Source: Methanobacteriota archaeon
Lineage (GTDB): Archaea > Thermoplasmatota > E2 > DHVEG-1
Direction of reading: 5' to 3'
Length of the DNA: 64,000 nucleotides
Assembly: GCA_043806635.1 (NCBI GenBank)
Contig: JAZDGT010000002.1
Location: 41,974 to 105,973, forward strand
Shown: positions 1-9,200 of the stretch, one piece after another
Position numbering within the stretch: position 1 is the stretch's first letter
How the letters are laid out: the number at the start of each line of letters is the position of its first letter
Position numbers and translations under genes: made by a program
The notes under the pieces: model-generated
Seen by the model: the letters and a program-made list of their open reading frames with translations, nothing else
Databases searched by the model: none
Told to the model about the DNA's origin: nothing

Positions 1-351
1 GATATCAGTAACACCAGTATCCGGGATAATAATACTTCTACTGACTTGAGGAAGTTCAGGTGATCCTTTCACTTGAGTATGAGATTCTTTTTCAAGAAGA
101 ATATGCGAATACTCTTGATTGTTTATGTTTACAGTTTTCATAGTGAAACCGTTCAGATGATAGGTGATTGTGGTGGTATCTCCAATTGTTTGTGCTGCGA
201 TATCTATGTTTTGCTGGTTTTGTATGGTTTCATCATTGGTGGATAGTGTTCCGTAAACGATCGGTAAGGTACTTGCTCCAAAAAACAAACCTATTATTCC
301 ACAGATAACTAGAGTTCGTACTATGCTTCCTTTTCCATTCAAGATTTTCAT
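1..351 (-). CDS. Secreted protein, N-terminal fragment that continues past the window start. It has a signal-anchor helix followed by a beta-rich region like the N-terminal (propeptide-type) region of the C25-peptidase proteins at 500..4777 and 54817..58431.
   Basis: Reverse-strand ATG at 351-349 preceded by AAAGGGGGT (SD-like). Translation MKILNGKGSIVRTLVICGIIGLFFGASTLPIVYG...SPELPQVSRSIIIPDTGVTDI stays open to base 1. Absent from the ORF track because no stop lies in the window. Confidence 0.55.
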   Translation of the reverse strand, partial: MKILNGKGSIVRTLVICGIIGLFFGASTLPIVYGTLSTNDETIQNQQNIDIAAQTIGDTTTITYHLNGFTMKTVNINNQEYSHILLEKESHTQVKGSPELPQVSRSIIIPDTGVTDI

Positions 352-499
352 ACCCCCTTTTAACAAAGTTAATTTTTTCAATATTAATTGACTATATAAA
401 TGTTTGTTGTATGGAGAGGATGGCAGAGGTATTTCTAATATATTTTAATGAAAAAAGAAAAAAAGAGGGGGGATGATGAAACACTGGTTAGGGGTGGTG

Positions 500-1792
500 T
501 TAAATTCCGTTTATCGTGAATTGAGTGAGCACTCCGGTCTTTGACTGTAGTTGCACGATGAAGGTGACTTGGTCGGTTTCAAATGTGATGATACAGGTGT
601 CTCCATGGTATAGTGGTTTCCCAACGACTGATGCTTCCGTAAAAAGATTGTAGAGTTCGGCTTGGTCGTATTTCAACACATTCTCAACTGATTTCCGTGC
701 TGCTGTAACGAGTGTATTCACTGCATAATCATGAAGCACACCAGAGCGTTTCAGGTTTGTTTGTACGAGTTTTATCTCAGAAGGAGTCAATGGTGAGGAC
801 GTCTCTGCAAAGGAGACTGTACACGTTTCGGTATTTGTGACAACGCCTTCAGGTGGGTCAGTGATCACCACATATTTATTCTTATACGTATCACCAATAA
901 TACTGATAGGTTGGAAATACGTGGTGAGGAACTGCTGAGTCGTCACATACGTGTTCCCACCCAAACCACCAGTCTTCGGATCATTCAACCAGAACCCATA
1001 CACCGTGATCACAGGGAAATCAGGGTAGTTCTGCCATGCGCTCCGGTTCGTGTGAATCCCTCGTACCGTCATCCAGTTGTTATAATTCCCATAGGTGGGG
1101 ATCGCTATTGGTACATTTGTGGGATGCCCGGGTTTCGGCCAAAACGTCGGGTACCCAAAATCACCGTTATGATCATAATCAACCCCGTACGTGAAATCAA
1201 GCCAGATACAGATATCCCGTAACACAACGGTTGCACTCGTGTTCGAAGCAGGCGTGAAGAAATACCCATACAGATCAATAGGCAAGGGTTTGAATTGATT
1301 TAAACCAGCACACATCTCATCAGTGGTGAGCGTAAGTCCACCCTGCGTGTTAAACCAGGTAAACAATTGTTGTTGATCCGCGTAGTGCATCGGTGGCCCG
1401 CTCGGGTTCAACGTACTATTCCACCACAAGTAGTTGAGCATCATCTGCGCTATTGCCGCCCCTGTATCCATCGTCGCCGTGTAGAATGGGAACTGCTTCA
1501 AATCACGGTAATGGACATTCAAAATCAGATTCTGGTTGATACTTTTCGCACTGATTTCTCCCGCGGTTACGACATGGTCAGTGACGTTGACTGATTCATC
1601 GTTGTCTCGTGCGGTGAAACGAAGTGTTTCGCTTGCGTTCACATCCCGGCCTGCATATATGACAAGGGAGTAATGATTATTGTTGGTACTTGCCTCCCAT
1701 TGTTCCCCGGTGTTCAGATTCTTTATTTCAACAGACACGGAGTTCACCGGACTCATATCATGGTAATAACAGTATCCCTCAATAGTGACTCG
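500..1792 (-). other. Shared C-terminal module, copy 1 (last 430 aa of the 1425-aa protein, plus stop).
   Basis: Begins RVTIEGYCYYHDMSPVN and contains HYRDLKQFPFY, DTGAAIAQMMLNYLWWN, GHPTNVPIAIP, NNWMTVRGIHTNR, YGFWLNDP and KYVVITDPP. Ends KTGVLTQFTINGI. Confidence 0.85.
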
Positions 1793-4777
1793 GTTGGCGC
1801 CAATCAGCCATTCAAGGACTCGGTTCATGACTTCGTTTCGGCTCGTCTGTGTATTAATCGCTTCAAAACCAAACGCAAAATACACGACTTTGTATCCGGC
1901 AGTATCTGTTTTCACTGCTGCTTTGTATGCTGATGACTGATACGTGAAGACCACGGTCCCTGGTGAAATCGCTTGAATTCCATCAGGATAATTTTGATTG
2001 TTTGCTCCATCACCACCGGAGATTCCCAGGGTTAATCCGTCACCGATAGGGTCACCAACGGTTCCTAATAACGTGTAAATATTAGTATCATCAACTTGAT
2101 ACGTCGCATGTAAATAGTTCGTATAGAATGGTGTCGTCCCGATATCGTATCCTATCTCTTGGCTGGTGAGGAAGAACCGACCACCATTGGTTAAAAAGTT
2201 TTGGAGGTTCGCCTGATCCGTCGAGTCAAGGGTGTCTGACCAGTCATCTCCACAGAACCAGATTACTGCGTCATAGGTTGCCATTATCGTTGATGAAGGG
2301 CTTCCTTGTGAGCTTCGATCCCATCGATCATAAAGGTAGTTACATGCCATAAGTGCATTTATATAATATGTCTCGTAAGATTCTCCGTAGTCATCATCAA
2401 CTAGCAACACGTACCCGTTTGCGATAAACACAGAAACGTTCTTACTCAGCTCATTATTCCCAAGATACGGTTCTTGACCAGCGATGGATGCAGCAATGGA
2501 GACCGGGTATGTCCCAGGAATGGTTGGTACCCAGTTGAAATTCACATTCGTACTCCCACCACTACTCAAAAATACTTGCTGTGTGGAGAGAACAACCCCG
2601 TTTTCTTTGAATGAAACCGTGATTAATTCATTTGTTGTCCCCGGGTTTGCTACGGTACCGACGACTATTGTCAGACGACCAACCGCGGCATAATCATTCA
2701 CCGTGATACTCGTCACCGCAACATCAGGACCAGCTACCACAAGCGTGCTCATCTCATTATCATAGTAGACATCCTCGATTACTCCAGGGATTGAAACGTT
2801 TATCGTTAAAAGGTAGACCCCAATCTCCAGGGGCGTCCATTCGAAATTCACCTGAGTAAACGATTGACTCGCACTAAATGGTATAGTAAACGTGTCGATT
2901 TCTTCATCATCGACAAGGAATTTCACCAAAACATTATATTCATCGTTTTGCCCGTTATTTGCGATAGTTGCCTCAACAGGCACCAGCTGACCAGGAAGAA
3001 CATGACTAGGGACATCAATCGATGTAACTGCAACGTTATGCTCAGGTAAAAACCGTGGTTTGATAGACAATGACGGATCACCTAATAAATTGTAACATTC
3101 CATGTAATACGTGCTCAACCCGCCACCACTATAATGTTGCCAGGTGTCATATTTTGCTTTATCAGTCATACCCGCTAAAAACCAGAGGCCTTCAACCCAC
3201 CACGCATGAAACATGGCTTTCTCCAAGATATCATCCTCATCCCAATACGTTGAGGCGGAGCTTCCCCAGAACGCGAGACCCCCTTTGTCGGGGACACGCA
3301 GCCAGGTTTCCCCAAAACATTCACTGATATCAAACGGGTTAGTGCTACAAGCATGGCTGCACACAAACGGGTACATATGGGCGTTCGTGAGATCATATCG
3401 GACATTATTCTGATCAAACGGTGGTCCATCAGCCCACCCCCCTGAATACCCATGACCTGAATAAACCGAGATCACACGACCATCGTTATGGGCATTAATC
3501 ACCTGCTGAGTCGTCGCACTATAGGTGTGACAATAGAGTTTATCACTGACATACCCCTCAGGATCAAGATACGTGCTAATCACATAATTATGGGTTCCTT
3601 CGGAAACCTGCCAATTATCCTCTGATGCCATAAACACTGCTTTCCCAAGCCACTCTGTTGAAGGAAACGTTCCTTGTTCGTACTCCAATGTTTTTCCTAC
3701 GATGATATTCATCTCCGCTTCAGTTGCTGCGGGAAAACGACCGATGAAGATATCTGGGAAAATATCACCTTGACTGATTGTGACGTAATAGAGATCCGTC
3801 GCAGTCCCACTTGAAGATCCGGTGTAGGTAGGAATCTGAGGGACGTCACCGGCTAGGAGAACGAACGAGGGAGGTACCGGCCATTCCTGATACGCTTGAT
3901 CAATATAGGTATGGATGTTTTCTTTTGTGGGACCGCCGGGGATTTGTGAGGTTTTGGTTACCGTGACCTCATATCCTATAGAATCTTTCCAATTCGCAAA
4001 GGGAAGAATCGCTGAGTAGAGCACATCAGGTACGATGATTAAAAAACCGGTTTGATCCTTCCCACCAATTGCATATCCTTGATTGAATTGACCATAATTA
4101 TCAAAAAAAGATTGATACAGAAGATTAAAATCAGATGAATAATATCGTGCTTTATTCGTATATGTTTTTACCAGGTCACTACCTGGTAGACTAATCTGAA
4201 TATCACAGGATTTCATCACATGTAATTCCCCGGAAACAGGGTTATATTGGACTGGGGAGATCTCAATAAGTATGAATCGACTCCCTCGTATTTCTCCCTC
4301 TTCGGTTATCCGTGCAGGTGTTTCTGGGAAAAACAGGTCTTGATGATAGTAATTTTGATTAATCGTAAAAGGTGTATTCTTGTTTCCGTCCAAGGTTTTT
4401 GGTATTGATGGTTGCACAGGAAGTATTCGGTTTGAGAGACCTATTTGTTGAAGCGATGTGGTTCTCCATTCCACCGATGAAAGTGTGAGCGAAGGAGTTG
4501 ATTCGTATGGTATTTCAAGTATTTTTGTAATAACCGGGAGTTTCGCCTCGCCGACGATGGTTGTATACCCATAGTTTGGAAGGTCGAGTGTTGCGAATAT
4601 GCCTTGTGTGGTTTGGATATTTCCGTAAGTGATACTTGGGATGTCTATATGGAGATTTATTGTTTGGTTATTTTCGTCTAGAGTGTTTCGGCTTCCTATT
4701 GATGGAACAATGCTCAATAAAACGAATAGACACACTATTCCATACACTATCTCTTTTTGTAGTATTTTCTCTCGCAT
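500..4777 (-). CDS. Giant secreted protein (1425 aa). Order: signal anchor, propeptide-like region, C25 (gingipain/clostripain-fold) cysteine peptidase domain, two CARDB-like Ig domains, an unassigned alpha/beta region, then the shared C-terminal module.
   Basis: N-terminal hydrophobic helix IVYGIVCLFVLLSIVPSIGS. His motif VYSGHGYSGGW and Cys motif FVCSHACSTNPF with C25-like spacing. Two repeats of the type DVAVTSI...G....V...ANNG/ANPG (CARDB-like). C-terminal 430 aa homologous to the ends of the next three genes. Confidence 0.8.
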   Translation of the reverse strand: MREKILQKEIVYGIVCLFVLLSIVPSIGSRNTLDENNQTINLHIDIPSITYGNIQTTQGIFATLDLPNYGYTTIVGEAKLPVITKILEIPYESTPSLTLSSVEWRTTSLQQIGLSNRILPVQPSIPKTLDGNKNTPFTINQNYYHQDLFFPETPARITEEGEIRGSRFILIEISPVQYNPVSGELHVMKSCDIQISLPGSDLVKTYTNKARYYSSDFNLLYQSFFDNYGQFNQGYAIGGKDQTGFLIIVPDVLYSAILPFANWKDSIGYEVTVTKTSQIPGGPTKENIHTYIDQAYQEWPVPPSFVLLAGDVPQIPTYTGSSSGTATDLYYVTISQGDIFPDIFIGRFPAATEAEMNIIVGKTLEYEQGTFPSTEWLGKAVFMASEDNWQVSEGTHNYVISTYLDPEGYVSDKLYCHTYSATTQQVINAHNDGRVISVYSGHGYSGGWADGPPFDQNNVRYDLTNAHMYPFVCSHACSTNPFDISECFGETWLRVPDKGGLAFWGSSASTYWDEDDILEKAMFHAWWVEGLWFLAGMTDKAKYDTWQHYSGGGLSTYYMECYNLLGDPSLSIKPRFLPEHNVAVTSIDVPSHVLPGQLVPVEATIANNGQNDEYNVLVKFLVDDEEIDTFTIPFSASQSFTQVNFEWTPLEIGVYLLTINVSIPGVIEDVYYDNEMSTLVVAGPDVAVTSITVNDYAAVGRLTIVVGTVANPGTTNELITVSFKENGVVLSTQQVFLSSGGSTNVNFNWVPTIPGTYPVSIAASIAGQEPYLGNNELSKNVSVFIANGYVLLVDDDYGESYETYYINALMACNYLYDRWDRSSQGSPSSTIMATYDAVIWFCGDDWSDTLDSTDQANLQNFLTNGGRFFLTSQEIGYDIGTTPFYTNYLHATYQVDDTNIYTLLGTVGDPIGDGLTLGISGGDGANNQNYPDGIQAISPGTVVFTYQSSAYKAAVKTDTAGYKVVYFAFGFEAINTQTSRNEVMNRVLEWLIGANRVTIEGYCYYHDMSPVNSVSVEIKNLNTGEQWEASTNNNHYSLVIYAGRDVNASETLRFTARDNDESVNVTDHVVTAGEISAKSINQNLILNVHYRDLKQFPFYTATMDTGAAIAQMMLNYLWWNSTLNPSGPPMHYADQQQLFTWFNTQGGLTLTTDEMCAGLNQFKPLPIDLYGYFFTPASNTSATVVLRDICIWLDFTYGVDYDHNGDFGYPTFWPKPGHPTNVPIAIPTYGNYNNWMTVRGIHTNRSAWQNYPDFPVITVYGFWLNDPKTGGLGGNTYVTTQQFLTTYFQPISIIGDTYKNKYVVITDPPEGVVTNTETCTVSFAETSSPLTPSEIKLVQTNLKRSGVLHDYAVNTLVTAARKSVENVLKYDQAELYNLFTEASVVGKPLYHGDTCIITFETDQVTFIVQLQSKTGVLTQFTINGI

Positions 4778-4989
4778 AATATTTTTATCCCCCTTATAAG
4801 AGTGAAATATTATATTTTATGAGTGCTTATAAGTTTTTGTTTCCTTAAAAAAATGCAACAAATAATATCATATTTGTTATTACTATAGAAGAATAATCAT
4901 TTGTTATATCGTCTCGTTGTTGTACCGTACGATAGAGCAGTACGGTGTTGTTTATGATCGCTGAGACGTGCTTTGAATCCGATGTGTGG

Positions 4990-6240
4990 TTATTTCAGGT
5001 GTACTGAGAATTGTTGTCCTGCACCATCAACGCCAAGCTTCACTGTGATATCCATGTTGGTGTTACCAACGGTGATGATATAGCCGTTTCCTGTGCGCAT
5101 TGGTTTTCCAACCGTCCTAAGACCAGAGATGAGTGAACCATAGGTGAGGTCGTTACTCAGGACACTGTTCACAAAATCAATGGCTTGCTGTCCTAGAACG
5201 AAAGATCCAACGTTCGTTTTCAAAGTCTTGATCTCAGTTAGGGTGAATCCGCTCTGTGTTCCTACTTTTAAGCTGATGCTATTCGTGTTAACTGCGGGTG
5301 CATCGCGTGGCGGATCAGTGATCACCACAAACTTGTTATTATAGTAATCGCCGGGGACGTTTAATTTCTGGAAATATGTACTATTAAAGTATTGATACGT
5401 AACATAGACATTATTCCCGACGCCACCGGATACAGGGTCATTCACCCAGAACCCATAAATCGTTACCGGACCATTAATGAGCTCGTGATCACCAGGTACA
5501 TTAGTGTCCCACATGCTCCGGTTCGTGTGAATACCACGGATCACCATCCAATGATCATACGATCCACCAGTGGGGACCGCGATCGGGACATGATACGGAT
5601 GACCCTCTTTTGGTACATCAACAAGTCGGTGTTCGTTCGACCCACTAATATTATAATCAAGCCAAATCACCGCGCTCTTCAACGCATCCACTGCCAGATC
5701 ATGCCCAGACGGAGCGAAGAAATAACCGTAAATCCACCCGTGACCATGGTCATCGATTTCCGCGTTCAAACCACCAGAAAGTTCACTGACGTTCATCTGG
5801 TTCCCACCCGCATACGTATTGTATAATGTTTGTTCATTGTACACACTCTGCGGTTCTGGGAACAGGGTGTCGTTCCACATACAGTAATCAAGCATCTGCT
5901 TCATCACCATCGCACCACTATTTACTTGTGAGAGGTAGAATGGGAACTGTTTCAGATCGCGATAATGAACTTTAAGAGTCAGATCAAGTTGAACATATCC
6001 TGCAGCGATGTCTGACGTGGTTATTAATCGATTCGTGACATTGACTGAGTTATCATTATCTCGAGCGATAATGCGGAGGGTGTCTCCCGCATGTATCTCA
6101 TCACCTGGTACCAAGAACTGGGTATAATAATTGTTATTCGTGTCTGCTTGCCATTGCCCTCCCGTATTAAGATTACTGATGTCAACAGTGATGATATTCG
6201 CAGGACTCATATCGGGGTAGGTACAATATCCTCTAACCTC
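4990..6240 (-). other. Shared C-terminal module, copy 2 (last 416 aa).
   Basis: EVRGYCTYPDMSPANIITV, HYRDLKQFPFYLSQVNSGAMVMKQMLDYCMWN, GHPYHVPIAVP, DHWMVIRGIHTNR, YGFWVNDP, KFVVITDPP. Confidence 0.85.
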
Positions 6241-9200
6241 GAACAAACTCATTTCGCCAATCATGAAACTCATAATATCAGTGCTTACAATGTTGTAGCT
6301 TGTATCACCGAACGTTATTTTCCATCCAACTCGGGTTCCTTCAGGTATTCCGGGGTTCTGCCAGGTGAAGTTCGCCCAGGCCCATACACCTGGTTCTGTG
6401 TTCAGATTTAATGGTGAACCATATGCTGATATGCCTTCGGTTTCTTCTCCGATTATTGCGAACGATGAGGGCTGAGACATCATGATGTATTCTGTTCGAG
6501 TCCATGCATCACTTCGAATCACATTTGCTATACGAATTTCATCGATCTTTCCGTTCATCCAATATGCATTGTTATCCATGTTGGTTCCGATGTTGAGACC
6601 GATTGTTTCAGGGTTTATGGTACCGGTGAAATAGATCCCGGCTTCGGTTAATCCATTCACCATAACTTCGAGAAGATCAGTCGTAGGATTCAGTCTCGTA
6701 GATGTGTAATACCATTGTGGGTTAGATGTGCTGATGTGGGTATCACTATAACACACAGGGATATCTGTCGAAGTATGAGTCCGAGCTTTAAAGCTCTCAT
6801 TAGTCCAAACATGTAAGGAGATACTGTAGTCTCCGTCTCCTTCGAAAAGATACCGTCGTTGTCCGTTGTTGCCATCAACATATACCCAGGCACTAGCAGT
6901 ATATGCTGCATCTGCTGGTATTCGGAATCCTGATGTTTGTACATAATCATTGGATCCATCGAAATCTACGCATTTTCCAATCTTGCCCTGCTGATTAAAG
7001 AGAGGGCCGCCTCCGGAGCTTGTGATATCCCAGTGATTCGCAGTGCTATCATCAAGTTCTGTATAGCTTGCTCCGCTCATATGTTGTACCATAATGAACC
7101 CATTACTCCAAGTTTCTTCAACGTATTCTTGATTATTGCAGGATGGGTTTCCATAATATAGATAAAGAATTGTATCTGTTGTTGAGCTAAGAAACGGGAT
7201 CTTCACCCAGGCAGTTAACTCGCCTGTTGGGCTGTAATAATATTCGATTTCATGAGCATATTGGGTTGAGTTATCCTGTGAAACGAAGACGAAGTCGTCC
7301 CCATCAGGTTGCGCATGGTTAGTGAAATCCGATGAGGTGCAGGTGATTACCACAGGAAAATCTGTGAAATCAGCTTGGACTTTGGTGTGATCAATCGTTA
7401 TCCTTTTTGAGTATTCCCAGTTGAAATTCCACCAGTTTAATGTAGCGTAATCAACCCATTCACCAGTTTCATTTGTGGAGAGGTACGCAAAATCAAGTCC
7501 TATGTTGTCCCGGCTTTGAGCAGAAAGCGTAACACTTCCTCCAGGGGGGATTGCGGATGAGGACTGTCCTTGATTGCGTATCTCAGGGTCGAGAGTATCG
7601 ATGATTGTTACGATTTTTTCAGCGGTATGACCCCAGAGATTCAGGTTATCTTTTGCGTGTATGATATAATATAATAGTGTTTTATCTGCTGCAGCGGTGA
7701 TAGTCCGCTGGTAATATCCACCGGTGAGCATCATACTCACATTCGTGTGAACGCCACCTTCATACCAATAGTCGACGTACACAGCTGCGATACCGTCATC
7801 GTCATAGACAGAAGCGTTGAATGTGAAGCTTGATCCCGTGGATGCAATAAGGCTTGTGTAATCATAGATGATCGGGTTTCGGAGAACATAGAAACTCATA
7901 ATATTTGTTCGATTCCAGTTACCTGAGGTGTCATTGTAGTAGATGCGCCATCCGACTCGTCGTCCTTGGGGAACTGCCCAGGTGTGCCAGCTGAAGTTTG
8001 ACCAGACCCATTGATCTTGAATACCACCATAACTTATTGGTGATCCATACATTCCTGATGTAATGTTCTGCCAGACTCCAGTCTCATTGGTGGCAAGGAA
8101 TGCTTTATTCAATGAGATACCGTCTTTTCCTTGGCTAGTCAGGAGGATGGGTTCTCCTCGTTGGATTGTTGTACGGTTCTGCCCTTGATTCTGCCATTGG
8201 GGTTTGAAATAATCGATGAATCCAAACTGAACGGTGACGTACCCTGGAGTGTTTTTTGGTGTATCCGGGGATTCTGGGGATGTTCTCGTTGGGCTCCCGG
8301 GGGTATAGATGGTTTCATAATATTCTACTTTAAACGAGGTGATCGTTCCATCCTGCGCGGCATCTCCTATCTCTAGATAGAACGAGTCTCCACCGCTAAT
8401 CCATTCGTTAAAGAATTCTGAGATATCGAGACACATGAATGAGGGATACGTATGCATTGAACCTGAGTATCCATTCCACCAGGGTTGTCTCGTCTCAAGA
8501 GGGGCTCCATGTGGACCAATCCCGAGGGTTACAGAAGCGTCACGGTTCGGTCGAGGGTTTAAGCTCCATCGCCCAAGAATTGTTGGGTGTGTCCCAGGAG
8601 TATAAAGGGCTGTCACATAATTCATTGGTTGAGTGTTCCAGCTTCCTTGTAACGCAGCGTACGTCATCCAGTAATAGCCTGTACCTGTGGGTCCCCAGTA
8701 TCCCCAGGAGTTCGCGACTTTAAATGCACCGGTTTCACCTGTTTCCGCATCGACTTTCGTATCATCATATCCAACGACCGTGTTCGCATGATTAATACTA
8801 TAGCGCATCGCGTTTAAACCTAAGACATTGTCACTTCCGAAATACCCATAACTATCTGCATCAAGCGCAAACGTGATAGGGTATCCTGCATCAAGTGTTG
8901 CTTTTAATACGCTAAGACTTTTTGTAACCTGATAGATCTGATTCACTCGGTACGGGGGGGCGTCTCTCCATGCATTTTCGTTTCCCCAACCTACAGGGTC
9001 TCCATCGTTATACGGCATTGTGCTCAGTCGAGCAGTGCCGACTCGTTGAGAAACCCGCATGTTCTCCCAGGTGACAGACCCGCTATCATATCCATAGTTG
9101 CATTTGTTATACGTCCATGCTGGGCTTAATAATTGATTGGAATTCCCTGAATGCGCCTGAGTCCAATCATAGTTTTTCGATATGACATACCCAGTAGCAT

